The translations under genes and the position numbers were made by a program. A DNA stretch of 64,000 bases from Squalus acanthias (Eukaryota): NCBI GenBank assembly GCA_030390025.1, contig CM059433.1, forward strand, positions 10,542,001 through 10,606,000, given 5' to 3'. The notes beneath the pieces are model-generated. The model was not told where the DNA came from. It did no database searches and worked only from the letters and a program-made list of their open reading frames with translations. Below, one piece after another: positions 50,498 through 62,756 of the stretch (positions are counted from its first letter, which is position 1; the number at the start of each line of letters is the position of its first letter).

Positions 50498-50638
50498 GAT
50501 GCGGAGATGCCGGTGTTGGACTGGGGTGGACAATGAGATATTCCCTCACTGTACCTGATGAAGGAGCAGAGCTCCGAAAGCTCGTAATTTCAAATAAAAC
50601 TGTTGGACTATAACCTGGTGTTGTGCGACTTCTCATTT
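50498..50638. mobile_element. Short Penelope-like family 2 insertion
   Basis: Inverted terminal piece plus one arm; 12-bp TSD atgccctaccat (50486-50497, 50639-50650). Confidence 0.78.
50555..50583 (+). ncRNA. Minimal hammerhead ribozyme motif (family 2)
   Basis: CUGAUGA-a-ggagc-aga-gcucc-GAAA-gc-UC. Confidence 0.7.
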
Positions 50639-51382
50639 ATGCCCTACCATAGCACTGAAAATAGGTACATTCAGGAGATAGCTAACCTTGATACTTCCCT
50701 ATATTACAACATAGGCTACATTTCAAAAGCACTTCATTGGCTGTGAAGTACTTAGGATGTCCTGAGGCCATGAAATGTGCTGTATAAATGCAACCTCTTT
50801 CTCCCTTTGGCCAACTTTGTCGGGGTGTTAAACTTTACTGCACATCTGTGACTGCAGACACTGCATTGACGTGCTCTGCCAACTCTTCTCACTCAACCAC
50901 CTCGTGAGGAGAGTGCCCCGCCAACCGAACGAATGAAATCCTCCTTTGCCCTCATCTCCCTGTGCAAAGCCTCTAGGGCTCAATCCGAAAAGCAAACAGA
51001 TCTCCCTCCTCCCTGGGCCCTTACAGTCTTCTATGATCTATCGGAAAAAAAACAATTGGCAACCAAACAGTGAATTTTACCATCACAGGAAATGCAGCTA
51101 TCCCCCTTTAAGGCACATTGGCTGCTCTTTCATGTTGCTTCCCTGGAAAGTAAACCCCCCCCCCCCCAGCCCCCATGCTGCCAGTCCATCGCCCTATCAG
51201 CGTTGGGAGTTCTGCATTTCTAGTTGCGCCGCCATTGCGCTCCCAGCAGAAAATTGGCCCTTAATTCCTCAGTGACAATTCCAGTGATATTACAAGTGGG
51301 TCTGGCAGCCGAGAGAGCAAACATATTGCTTTTGGACTCAAAGAAAGAAGAGAAAGAATTTGGATTTATATAGTCCCTTTCA

Positions 51383-52145
51383 TTTTTAAAAATTTGTTCA
51401 TGGGATGTGGGCATCGCTGGCAAGGCCAGCATTTATTCTCCATCCCTAATTGCCCTTGAGAAGGTGGTGGTGAGCCGCCTTCTTGAACCTGCTGCAGTCC
51501 CTGCGGTGAAGTTACTCCCACAGTGCTGTTAGGGAGGGAGTTCCAGGATTTTGACCCAGCGACGATGAAGGAACGTGTGGTGTGTGACTTGGAAGGGAAC
51601 TTGGAGGTGGTGGTGCTCCCATGCGCCTGCTGCCCTTGTCCTTCTAGGTGGAAGAGGTCGCGGGTTTGGGAGGTGCTGCCGAAGAAGCCTTGGCGAGTTG
51701 CTGCAGTGCATCTTGTAGATGGTACACACTGCAGCCACGGTACACCGGTGGTAGAGGGAGTAAATGTTTAAGGTGGTGGATGCGGTGCCAGTCAAGTGGG
51801 CTGCTTTGTCCTGGATGGTGTCGAGCTTCTTGAGTGTTGTTGGAGCTGCACTCATCCAGGCAAGTGGAGAGTATTCCATCACACTCCTGACTTGTGCCTT
51901 GCAGATGGTGGAAAGTCTTTGGGGAGTCAGGAGGTGAGACACTCGCTGCAGAATACCTATCCTCTGACCTGCTCTTGTTGCCACAGTATTTATGTGGCTG
52001 GTCCAGTCAAGTTTCTGGTCAATGGTGACCCCCCAGGATGTTGATGGTGGGGGATTCGGCGATGGTAATGCCGTTGAATGTCATGGGGCGGTGGTTAGAC
52101 TCTCGCTTGTTGGAGATAGTCATTGCCTGGCACTTGTGTGGCGCG
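51383..52145 (-). mobile_element. LINE 3' fragment (CR1/L2-group)
   Basis: RAGQRIGILQRVSHLL..KAQVRSVMEYSPLAW..KLDTIQDKAA. Confidence 0.85.
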
Positions 52146-54063
52146 ACCTCAGGACGTCCCAATGCGCTTCACAGCCAATGAAGAACTTTTTGAAGTGACG
52201 TCACCGCTGTAAAGTCGTCCAAAGCCATGCAAAGCACTTGTTCTATTCTGTGGCAGAGTCTACCATATCGTAGAAATGTAACTGTCCTTTACAGGATTGT
52301 AACTGGAGCAGCACTACAAGAATTGTTGGAACCCATGAGCCAACTAATCCTTGTTACATTTGTTTTTGACTGTATCCTGTTGTTATGCTGCCTAGTACAC
52401 ACAAAAAAAAATCGCTTCAGTTTCAAAATCGTTTTGAATCACTTGGCACATATTTGATCTGCTTTCATCTGTCATGTCTTCTTTACCTCCTCTACATCCA
52501 AATCTCTTCCTCAGAAACCGTGTGACTAACCTTTAAGTATGTGCATAATGTGGAGAATGAGAATGACACAGAAGCATGTTATCAAAGTAGTAACATATCT
52601 TGGAGCTTAAATGATGTTCAGAAGCCACTTGAACTTTGTTCTTGCAGACTGTGTCATCAGATCTGTTCAATGCATTATTGCTTCATAACGTAGCCCCAGG
52701 TATTTGTATTGTTTTAATGTTTACCGATGGTCGAACATTCAACATTGTTGCATTTGCCAGTAAATTATTAGATTCTGTGTCTGACCGGCTTCTCGATGTT
52801 TGGCAGTAATGGGTCAGGATTCTATGTTTAGAAATATCATTATTATTTCTAACATTGTTATGTATAAATGATCACGGATCCCACATTCGGTAAGATTTAA
52901 TGTTATGCATTATAACTTTTCACATTTTTTAAATTTCCACAAAGATGCTCCACCGTACGACCATTACATTTTGGGCCATATACCATCAATGCTAGTTTTA
53001 AGAGTAACCAATATTTTGCGGTAGCATTTTTCTCAGTGGATTTTCATCTGATTATAAGTACTTTGCAATTTGCGACAGCATGATTGATGCTCGGCTTTCA
53101 TGAGGAGAATTTTAACAGCACCTCTTCAACACTCAATGCACAACCAATTATGCGTCTGAGCCAGTAACCTTGAATTTATGTTGCCATGGCTGCAAACTGG
53201 TCATGCATTATGGATTATCATTGAAATTCTACACCCTACCTAACATAATAAGAGCTGGGACTTAATCAAATCAACCATTCTGTGTTGCACAAAGTAAAAG
53301 AACTAGCTCTCATTGTTCAGTGTCTGGAGATGGAGCAGGCTGTTGTGTCAGCAGCTGCATTGCCGGCCCTGATAGATTGCCCCATATACATCCGTGAATG
53401 TATAGACAGATGGTTCCCAAAGCCTGGAATTTCCAGCTCAGGAAGCAGCTGTTCAGAGTAACCTCTGCCGTCTCACCTTGTTGTCATGGAACATTGAACA
53501 TAGACTGAGAATGTGGACAGATAGCTGCAAGTGTCGAGTGGATTTTTGCTCTGCGTGGCCCCCTTCACCCCCCTTCCCCCCCCCCCCCCCCCACCACCCC
53601 TGTCCTCAGTGCCTGAAGGCCCGTAGCGAGGATCTATCTTCTCTGCTAGGGGACCAGTAAAAAAAAATATCATTTCCCCACCCACCACCACTTTTTCTGC
53701 CTCTTCCCGGTGGATTGGGCCACAGCTTCTGACAGAGTAATTGGAGTGAATCACTGCCCTGCATTTAACGCCATCATTCGGAGCCCTTCAGTTTTAAGGT
53801 GCTCCTTTCTGCTGCCTTGTGCGGCTGGGTTTATCAAAAAAAAAACGTTTACTGAATGATAGGCAAAAGAAAAGGTCCGCGGAGATTTCTTGCCGAATGT
53901 TGAGAGTCTGCAGCCAATTGTTATCACAATTGCCATGAACGAACAGGAAGTTGTGTGGCGGTGTTCTTTTTAATCAGATATCATCAAACAGGATTTTATT
54001 TATTGTGTTTGTGTCTGAAAAAGATCAGTATCATCAATCCTGCCTTTGCAACTAAGTTAACTA

Positions 54064-54390
54064 AAGAAAGAAAGACTCGCATTTTTATAGAACCTTTCAC
54101 AACCTCAGGACATCCCAATGTGCTTTACAGCCAATGAAGTACTTTTTGAAGTGGAGTCACTGTTGTAATGTGGGAAACGCGGCAGCCAATTTGTGCACAG
54201 CAAGCTCCCACAAACAGCAATGTGATAATGACCAGATAATCTGTTTTTGTAGTTATGTTGATTGAGGGATCAATGTTGGCCAGGACACCAGGGATAACTC
54301 CCCTGCTCTTCTTCAAAATAGTGCCCCAGGATGTTTTATGTCCACCTGAGAAAGCAGACGGGGCCTCGGTTCAAAGTCTCACCCAAAAGA
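54064..54390 (-). mobile_element. Deu-domain SINE, 5'-truncated
   Basis: Matches 24105-24430. Confidence 0.8.
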
Positions 54391-56173
54391 CCGATATACT
54401 TATGGATACCTGTAAAATTGTAGGGACACTTGCTACCTTCATTCTGGGCTGACTGACTAGCTGCTCCCCAAGTTTAAATTATATCCTATCATTGTGTCAA
54501 ATTAACTTATTTCCAATCCCGTCTCATGTACTCCCTTCCTCTCCTGCAGGCAGTAAGGTTCATGCGGAGATATGGGTCGAAGGCATGAACTCACCCAAAG
54601 TAGCTGCTTTTCACTTGCAAGCCCAGTGAATATCAACATGCTAATCAGCCATGGTGGGCATCACAGACAAGTCTGATCCTGCCCTTACCCAACATCTACA
54701 TTTTCCAGCAGGAATCATGAGTGAGAATATTGGCAGTTTCCCCCCCCCCCCCCCACCCTCGCCCATCAACACCCTCCCCTTCCTCCTAACCTGGGGACTT
54801 TGAGAGAAATTATATCACCCTCACTGCTAGCCTATCTCAGATTGGCTAACTGAGCACGCATCAAGACTCGAGCATGGGACCTCCTTGGTCTGGCTCAGTA
54901 TGTCCCAGCAATGCAATGCATGCACCCCTTGCTCCGTGGTAGGGGTGCTCCTAATGAGGAAAACTGCAATAAATGAGACATTTTCTCCTTGGAACCATAG
55001 CATTATTTCCCTATTAATAGAGTTCTGTGTACCCAAGCAGTTTATTAAGGTTGCAGCTATATTGCAGCTGGTGTGATGCTGAACCTGTGTGAGGTGACTT
55101 GCTCCAGGTTGTCTCACACCATTTTGCTGAAATCATCAACTTGCTTACTTTGCACCTGAATTATATTGCACAATTTAAGTTAATGCAAAGCTGAAAGCAC
55201 TTTGCATTGACACAATGCTCAGAGCTTGTTAGATGCAAAAAATTCTGGTACTGTTTAGATTATTGTAAAAAAAAAATCGCTTCATTTTTATAAGCCTTTA
55301 AAAGAGTAAATATTAAAAATTTACAATGCATTTTTAGTAAACATTGCCGGGAAGGATCGCTGCTGAGCCTTATTATCCATGTTAAGTAAACAGAGGGTTT
55401 ACAAATACAGTGACCAGCACTTTGACTTTCCTCTGGCCATTGGCCAGTGATGTGTGAAAGCCATCATCTAGGATTGGCAAGAGCTCGCTGTGTATTCCTG
55501 TTCCTTTAATTATTTACCTGGTTCCACAGAACTCCTGTAAACCCTACTGGACCGAATCATCATAACTCCACTGAAATTCATCGGAGCACACCGTATAACA
55601 TGTAGCTGTCAGGAGAATGGAATTTGCTGAGCTACAACTTTTTGGAATAATGCAGCTCATTGCTTGAGTTGTGGAATGTTTTATCAATCTGGTAATAAGT
55701 AGGTTATAGCGATGTTTTTTTCCCTCAAAACTTTGATGCTTTTGGGGCATTAGAGTGTTCACGCTGCTATCCCAGCTCAGATGGGGTTAACTGAGCGTGG
55801 GCCAAGATTTGAAGGTGGGATTTATCTGTCTGATCTGCTCAGTATTTCCAGCATGCTCTTACTCCCTAAACCATTACAGAGGGAGCCGCCTCTATCGAGG
55901 GTCCATAGGCACTGGAAGCTTTCCACTGACTGTCTCAAATGGTCATTCTTCATCAACAACAACTTGCATTTATATAGCGCCTTTAATGTAGTAAAACATC
56001 CCAAGGCGCTGCACAGGAGCGTCATCAGACATACATTGACACCGAGTCACAGAAGGGGACATTAGGACAGGTGGCCAAATGCTTGGTCAAAGAGCTAGCT
56101 TTAAAGGAGGGTCTTAATGAATGAGAGAGAGGTGGACAGGCAGAGAGGTTTAGGGAAGGAATTCTAGAGCTTA

Positions 56174-57068
56174 GGGGTAAAAATTCAGTTGGTTGCGCCT
56201 CCCGTTAGCGCCTTAAGAGGGCGCTAATGGGGCGCAAAGCCGCTAACGCCCGGGCGCAGCGATGTTTGCGCCGCTCGGGAACTTAACCAGAGATTGTGCG
56301 GCGGCGCTAAACTTTACCGCTGCAACCACCTGCGCACGCAGATTGTGACGTCATTCCATGGTGCAAAGCCCTTGTGGCGCCCCGGAGCGGAAATTGAGTG
56401 GCGCCCCCTGCCTTACCGCCTGGCGCATCCAACGACCAGAAGACTGGAACGCTATCAATCGCTGTGGGGCTGGGGGGGGGGCGCTATTTAAAGGGGGCCT
56501 CTTCCTGTCTTTTATTGTTGGTGGCATTTTTGAACTACGCATTCTGAGAGAGAGAGGGAGAGACTTCTGGAGAGATTCAACGTTGTGTGAAGGAGTTTTG
56601 GGTACTGAGCAGCACTTTGCAGGTTCATTTTGATTTGCCATTCCTTGTATCGATTTAGCAGAGACTGTGGGAGCTGCACTCTGAGCTCTTTGCCTGGTAC
56701 TCTCCATTGTTCTTTCCAGCACATTTGATGTGCAAGTCTCTCCAGGCCGAGATTCAAGGCTGCAATGAACAGGATGTGGATGGAAAGCAAGATTAACCAT
56801 CCCCTTTAAGAACTGGCCCGTGCCATTGTGTGTGTGTTCCATTGCTGACTGACATTACATGAGCTTCGCCAGCGCTCTGAGGTAGCGCCTCACTCCTTGG
56901 CCTTTGCGCCTTAAGACAGGTGTGCAGCGCCTGATTTAGCGCTCCACTCACCTCCCGGGGCGGTAAAAGTGAAGTTTCCAGTCAGTGCCGATAATTAGCG
57001 CCAGGCGCTAATATTTGCGTCCAGACGATATTTGCGCCCCAAACGGGGCGCGACCTAATTTTTCCCCC
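56174..57068 (+). mobile_element. Non-autonomous Harbinger element
   Basis: Termini ggggtaaaaatt / aatttttccccc; exact TTA TSD (56171-56173, 57069-57071); both ends homologous to 6082-10938. Confidence 0.9.
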
Positions 57069-57186
57069 TTAGGGTTTAGATGGCTGAAGGCACGGCCACC
57101 AATGGTGGTGTGACGGAAGGGGGGTGGTGGTGGACAAGAGGCCAGAGTTGGAGGAACACAGAGTTCTCGGAGGGTTGTTGGGCTGG

Positions 57187-57480
57187 AACATAAGAACATA
57201 AGAACATAAGAAGTAGGAGCAGGAGTCGGCCATACGACCCTTCGGGCCTGCTCCGCCATTCAATAGGATCATGGCTGATCCGAACCTAGACTCACGTCCA
57301 CTTCCCTGCCCGCTCCCCATAACCCTTAATTCCCTTATCAGCTAGGAAACTGTCTATCTCCGTTTTAAATTTATTTAATGTCGCAGCTTCCACAGCTCTC
57401 TGAGGTAGCAAATTCCATAGATTTACTACCCTCTGAGTGAAGAAGTTTCTCCTCATCTCAGTTTTGAAACGGCAGCCCCT
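57187..57480 (-). mobile_element. CR1 3' fragment
   Basis: FKTEMRRNFFTQRVVNLWNLLPQ; (aacataag)3 tail. Confidence 0.9.
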
Positions 57481-59930
57481 GAAGGACGTTAAAGAGATAG
57501 GGAGGTGTGAAGCCATGGAGGGATTTGAACACGAGGATGAGAATTTTAAAATTGAGGTGTCGGTGGACTGGGAGTTAATGTAGATCAACGAGCACAGGGG
57601 TGATGGGTGAACGGGACTTGGTACGAATTAGGATACGGGCAGCAGAGTTTCGGATGCGCTCAAGTTTATGGAGGGTGGAAGGTGGGAGGCCGGCATCAGA
57701 ATAGTCGAGTCTTTTAGTGAGAGTCAAGACAGGGAGTGCCAATTCAACTGGGGAAAGTATCACAGCTGAGCCTATCCTCAGCTGACATCCACATCTTGTA
57801 CCCATGGTCACTGGCTGGCAAGTACAAGCAGGAAGTCTGGCTAATATTTTTCTACCTCCCTAGCCCAAGGGCGCTGAGCTCGATTGTAGAAGGCCAGCTG
57901 CTGCCTTGGCTGTGATCAGCTGATGCAGTACAGGCCAGGAATTGATTCTCGTACCTTCAGTGCCACTCCATCCAGCGCATTTAAACACTGAGGAAAAGGG
58001 CACATCTCGGGGGAAGGATTGTTCGGGTTGCTAGGTAACAACATCATAAAGACAATGGAATGAAAATCGCTTGGGTTCTGTAACAGGTGGGTGATCGGCT
58101 CCACCAGGTCACCACCTAATGGCGATGACAAAAATCTACCCACCCTTTTTAAATGCATTTACCTTGTCGCTACATGTAGAAGTCAGGGCAATTCTTCTCC
58201 CCCCATTATGAGCTTTCCTTCTTAATATGTAATCATAGTACTTGGAAGTAATGACAAAAAGTACAAGTTAAACTTTAAAGGGATGGCGCAAAGAACATGC
58301 GATGGAAAAAAAAACGTGAATAGACCTATTGAAATATCATAAGAATTTGTGCAAAAATGTGTTTGCAAAGAGTGGCTGTTCCTTTTGTTGAATTTATGAA
58401 GACTGATCTTTAATCCTTTCAACAATTAAGCTTCCCAACATTCTTTTAATTGTTTAATATTTGACTTCAAGTTCAGTGCGTGTGAAATAAATGCGGTCGG
58501 ATAAAAAGCACTATATGTGTTAATGGACCTTGAAAAAATAATTAGAATTTAAGTGGGCTACTTAGATTAAAAATCAAATTATACAGCAAGTACTGCAAAT
58601 GAAATCAATTCCTCAATACTTGAACATACTTTACTATATCATTATACTGATCCCCAATTAATAGCTGCTGACATGGTCTGGACAGCATCCTACGTCTTTA
58701 GTTTACGTTGTAATCAGTGTGTGGATTTGAAATTATTCAGCTCTTTCAGGAGCTGACACTCACTGGCAGTGGGATAATGTCAACTCTTTCAGTCCCAGTG
58801 TCACCAAATGGTGTCAAGTTCATTTTCACAGGAAGTCAACTCACAAGGTATTTTTAAAACACGACAACAGATCCTCCCATAACCCTTAGAAGCCATGCAA
58901 AAAAAGTAGATTATGAAGAGGTGCAGAGGTTTTAAAGGAATGCTTTTCCTTCCCCCCCCCCGCCCCCCTCAATTTGCTGTCCTTCTGTCCTAAAGGGACT
59001 GATTAACGCCAAGATTCAGTTCATGGGTGCTGTCAGTCCTATACTAGCTCTCCCAAGTGCCCATTCTTCACAATGAATCTAATATAGTGGGGGTGAAATT
59101 TCTCTTGGGCGTTCGTTCAAAATGGGCGATAATGCATCGGCAGCCCGTTTCACACTCCACTCGATTTTTTTTCCAATGGGTGCCTTGGAAGCCTAAGGGT
59201 GCTGTTATATCATAGACACTGGTCTGAGGCCAGTGTTTTTAGAGTGCGAGCCACACCAAGTATGCTGTACCTTGTTACTAACAGGATTGCAAGTGTAAGA
59301 TGAAAAAGTTCCCAGGCTATGGAATGGATTCTCCAAGCATGTTCGAAATGTAGCTCCACTCCGGGCCGGAGTGATACGATGCCCGGTGCAAAGCCAAAAA
59401 GTGGTCTATTTTCAATGCCAACCTGACTCTGCAATTGCACCAGCGCTTTTGCTCTGATGCCCACGTGGAATTGCTTTACATCGATGCACTAGAAGTAGTA
59501 CAACGACAGGATGGCTGGGAGGGCATTACAGCTGAGATTGGGCTCATCCTCACTCAATGTCTACTGACATACAACTTCCAGCAGGGATTGCTGAAGGAAT
59601 CCGAGTCATTCTTCCCCTCCCTAGCCTCGGGGCACTGAAGACAGTCACAGCTTTGGTTGAGACCAGCCACCTCAGCAAAGATCATAAATCAAACCCAAGC
59701 CCTTCCTGGCCTGTATGGCTCAATATCATCTCACGTTTACCCCCTGAGTAAGCAGGGAAGCAAGAAATCACCTATACGAGGACAAAAATTTATTAAAAAT
59801 CTAATCTTTCGCTTACTTTAGTACAGATGATAAAGCTGGGATAAGACAGAAATAACTAGATGTGAATATAGACAAAAATGAGAAGTCGCACAACAGCAGG
59901 TTATAGTCCAACAGTTTTATTTGAAATCAC

Positions 59931-59959
59931 GAGCTTTCGGAGCACTGCTCCTTCATCAG
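59931..59959 (-). ncRNA. Minimal hammerhead ribozyme motif (family 2)
   Basis: CUGAUGA-a-ggagc-agu-gcucc-GAAA-gc-UC. Confidence 0.7.
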
Positions 59960-60049
59960 GTAAAGTGAAGGAATACAAATCAGCAAAGCATATATAGACA
60001 GAGAACAATGTCTATATATGCTTTGCTGATTTGTATTCCTTCACTTTAC

Positions 60050-60078
60050 CTGACGAAGGAGCAGCGCTCCGAAAGCTC
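60050..60078 (+). ncRNA. Minimal hammerhead ribozyme motif (family 2)
   Basis: CUGACGA-a-ggagc-agc-gcucc-GAAA-gc-UC; stem I uuac/guga. Confidence 0.7.
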
Positions 60079-60171
60079 GTGATTTCAAATAAAACTGTTA
60101 GACTATAACCTGCTGTTGTGCGACTTCTCATTTTTGTCCACCCCAGTCCAACACCGGCATCTCCCGCATCA

Positions 60172-62756
60172 TGACCTCCAAACAGCAGTAGTGAGGTGGG
60201 GGAGGGTATGAAACAGGAAATCAGAGGTGCGTGCAAAAAAGGCACGGCAGTTATCATGGGTGACTTTAATATGCATATAGATTGGGCTACTCAAACTGGA
60301 AGCAATACGGTGGAGGAGGATTTCCTGGAGTGTTTAAGGGATGGTTTCCTAAACCAATATGTTGAGGAACCAACTCGAGGGGAGGCCATCCTGGACTGGG
60401 TGTTGTGTAATGAGGAGGGACTAATCAGCAATCTTGTGGTACGAGGCCCCCTGGGGAAGAGTGACCATAGTATGGTGGAGTTCTACATTAGGATGGAGAA
60501 GGAAACAGTTAAGTCAGAGACCATGGTCCAGAACTTAAATAAGGGCAACTTTGAGGGTATGAGGCGTGAATTGGCGAGGTTAAATTGGCAAGCGATATTT
60601 AAGGGGCTATCAGTGGAAGGGCAATGGCAGACATTTAGAGATCGCATGGATGAACTACAACAATTGTACATCCCGGTCTGGCGTAAAAATAAAAAAGGGA
60701 AGGTGGCTCAACCATGGCTAACAAGGGAAATCAGGGATAGTATTAAAACCAAGGAAGTTGCATACAAATTGGCCAGAAGTAGCAGCAAACCCGGGGACTG
60801 GGAGAACTTCAAAACTCAGCAGAGGAGGACGAAGGGTTTGATTAGGGCAGGGAAAATAAAATATGAAAGGAAGCTTGCAGAGAACATTAAAATGGATTGC
60901 AAAAGCTTCTATAAATATGTAAAAAGAAAGAGGTTAGTAAAAACAAACGTAGGTCCCCTGCAGTCGGAAACAGGGGAAGTCGTAATGGGGAACAAGGAAA
61001 TGGCAGATCAATTGAACAAGTACTTTGGTTCGGTGTTTACTGTGGAGGACACACACAACCTGCCGGAAATAAAAGGGGTCAGAGGATCTGGTAAGAGGGA
61101 GGAGCTGAGGGAAATCCTTATTAGTCGGGAAAAGGTATTGGGGAAATTGATGGGACTGAAGGCTGAAAAATCCCCGGGGCCTGATGGTCTGCATCCCAGA
61201 GTACTTAAGGAGGTGGCCTTGGAAATAGTGGATGCATTGACGATCATTTTCCAACATTCCTTAGACTCTGGATCAGTTCCGATGGAGTGGAGGGTGGCCA
61301 ATGTAACCCCTCTTTTTAAAAAAGGAGGGAGGGAGAAAGCAGGGAATTATAGACCGGTCAGCCTGACATCGGTCGTGGGTAAAATGATGGAAGCAATTAT
61401 TAAAGATGTCATAACAGACCATTTGGAAAGTGGCGACATGATAGGTCCAAGTCAGCATGGATTTGTGAAAGGGAAATCATGCTTGACAAATCTTCTGGAA
61501 TTTTTTGAGGATGTTTCCAATAGGGTGGACAGGGGGGAACCAGTAGATGTGGTGTATTTGGACTTTCAGAAGGCCTTCGACAAGGTCCCACACAAGAGAT
61601 TGGTGAGCAAAGTTAAAGCACATGGGATTGGGGGTAATGTGTTGACGTGGATTGAGAACTGGTTGGCACACAGGAAACAAAGAGTAGGAGTAAATGGGTA
61701 CTTTTCAGAATGGCAGGCAGTGACCAGCGGGGTACCGCAGGGTTCGGTGCTGGGACCCCAGCTGTTTACATTATATATTAATGATTTGGACGAAGGGATT
61801 AAATGTAATATCTCCAAATTTGCGGATGACACTAAATTGGGAGGCAGTGTGAACAATGAGGAGGATGCTAGGAGGCTACAGAGTGACTTGGACAGGTTGG
61901 GTGAATGGGCAAATGTATGGCAGATGAAGTACAATGTGGATAAATGTGAGGTTATCCACTTTGGTGGTAAAAATAGAGAGGCGGACTATTACCTGAATGG
62001 TGGCAGATTAGGGAAAGGGGACGTGCAACGAGACCTGGGCGTCATGGTACATCAGTCACTGAAGGTGGGAATGCAAGTGCAGCAGGCAGTCAAGAAAGCA
62101 AACGGAATGATGGCCTTCATAGCAAGGGGATTTGAGTACAGGAGTAGGGAGGTGATGCTACAGTTGTACAGGGCCTTGGTGAGGCCACACCTGGAGTATT
62201 GTGCGCAGTTTTGGTCTCCTAACTTAAGGAAGGACATTCTTGCTATTGAGGGAGTGCAGCGAAGGTTCACTAGATTGATTCCTGGGATGGCCGGACTGAC
62301 ATATCAAGAAAGATTGGGTCAACTGAACTTGTATCCTCTGGAGTTCAGAAGAATGAGGGGGGATCTTATAGAGACATTTAAAATCCTGACTGGTTTAGAC
62401 AAATTAGATGCGGGCAGAATGTTCCCAATGGTAGGGAAAACTAGAACCAGGGGTCACAGTCTAAGGATTAAGGGGAAGCCATTTAGGACTGAGCTGAGGA
62501 GGAACTTCTTCACCCAGAGAGTGGTGAATCTATGGAATTCTCTTCCACAGAAGGTTGTTGAGGCCAGTTCGCTAAATATATTCAAAAGGGAGTTAGATAT
62601 AACACTCACAACTAAGGGGATCAAGGGGTATGGCGAGAAAGCAGGAATGGGGTACTGAGGTAGCATGTTCAGCCATGAACGCATTGAATGGCGGTGCAGG
62701 CTCGAAGGACCGAATGGTCTACTCCTGTACCTATTTTCTATGTTTCTATGTTTCTA
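60172..62756 (+). mobile_element. Young 5'-truncated CR1 LINE
   Basis: Begins inside the endonuclease domain (RPPNSS); ends with 3'UTR and (tttctatg)n tail. Confidence 0.95.
60196..62658 (+). CDS. CR1 ORF2 (partial APE endonuclease plus reverse transcriptase), uninterrupted 820 aa, N-terminus missing
   Basis: IMGDFN, LDWVL, SDH, KSPGPDG, NYRPVSLTS, YLDFQKAFD, GVPQGSVLGP, FADD motifs. Confidence 0.9.
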   Translation: MGEGMKQEIRGACKKGTAVIMGDFNMHIDWATQTGSNTVEEDFLECLRDGFLNQYVEEPTRGEAILDWVLCNEEGLISNLVVRGPLGKSDHSMVEFYIRMEKETVKSETMVQNLNKGNFEGMRRELARLNWQAIFKGLSVEGQWQTFRDRMDELQQLYIPVWRKNKKGKVAQPWLTREIRDSIKTKEVAYKLARSSSKPGDWENFKTQQRRTKGLIRAGKIKYERKLAENIKMDCKSFYKYVKRKRLVKTNVGPLQSETGEVVMGNKEMADQLNKYFGSVFTVEDTHNLPEIKGVRGSGKREELREILISREKVLGKLMGLKAEKSPGPDGLHPRVLKEVALEIVDALTIIFQHSLDSGSVPMEWRVANVTPLFKKGGREKAGNYRPVSLTSVVGKMMEAIIKDVITDHLESGDMIGPSQHGFVKGKSCLTNLLEFFEDVSNRVDRGEPVDVVYLDFQKAFDKVPHKRLVSKVKAHGIGGNVLTWIENWLAHRKQRVGVNGYFSEWQAVTSGVPQGSVLGPQLFTLYINDLDEGIKCNISKFADDTKLGGSVNNEEDARRLQSDLDRLGEWANVWQMKYNVDKCEVIHFGGKNREADYYLNGGRLGKGDVQRDLGVMVHQSLKVGMQVQQAVKKANGMMAFIARGFEYRSREVMLQLYRALVRPHLEYCAQFWSPNLRKDILAIEGVQRRFTRLIPGMAGLTYQERLGQLNLYPLEFRRMRGDLIETFKILTGLDKLDAGRMFPMVGKTRTRGHSLRIKGKPFRTELRRNFFTQRVVNLWNSLPQKVVEASSLNIFKRELDITLTTKGIKGYGEKAGMGY

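Larger units (their letters stand above)
55950..57700 (-). mobile_element. L2-clade LINE 3' fragment split by a Harbinger element and a CR1
   Basis: Pieces 55950-56173, 57069-57186 and 57481-57700 join up; LHKLERIRNSAARILIRTKSRSPITPVLVDLH. Confidence 0.8.
59875..60171. mobile_element. Palindromic Penelope-like terminal-repeat element (family 2)
   Basis: Arms 59871-60000 / 60009-60138; same 3' extension as 45103-45139. Confidence 0.8.
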
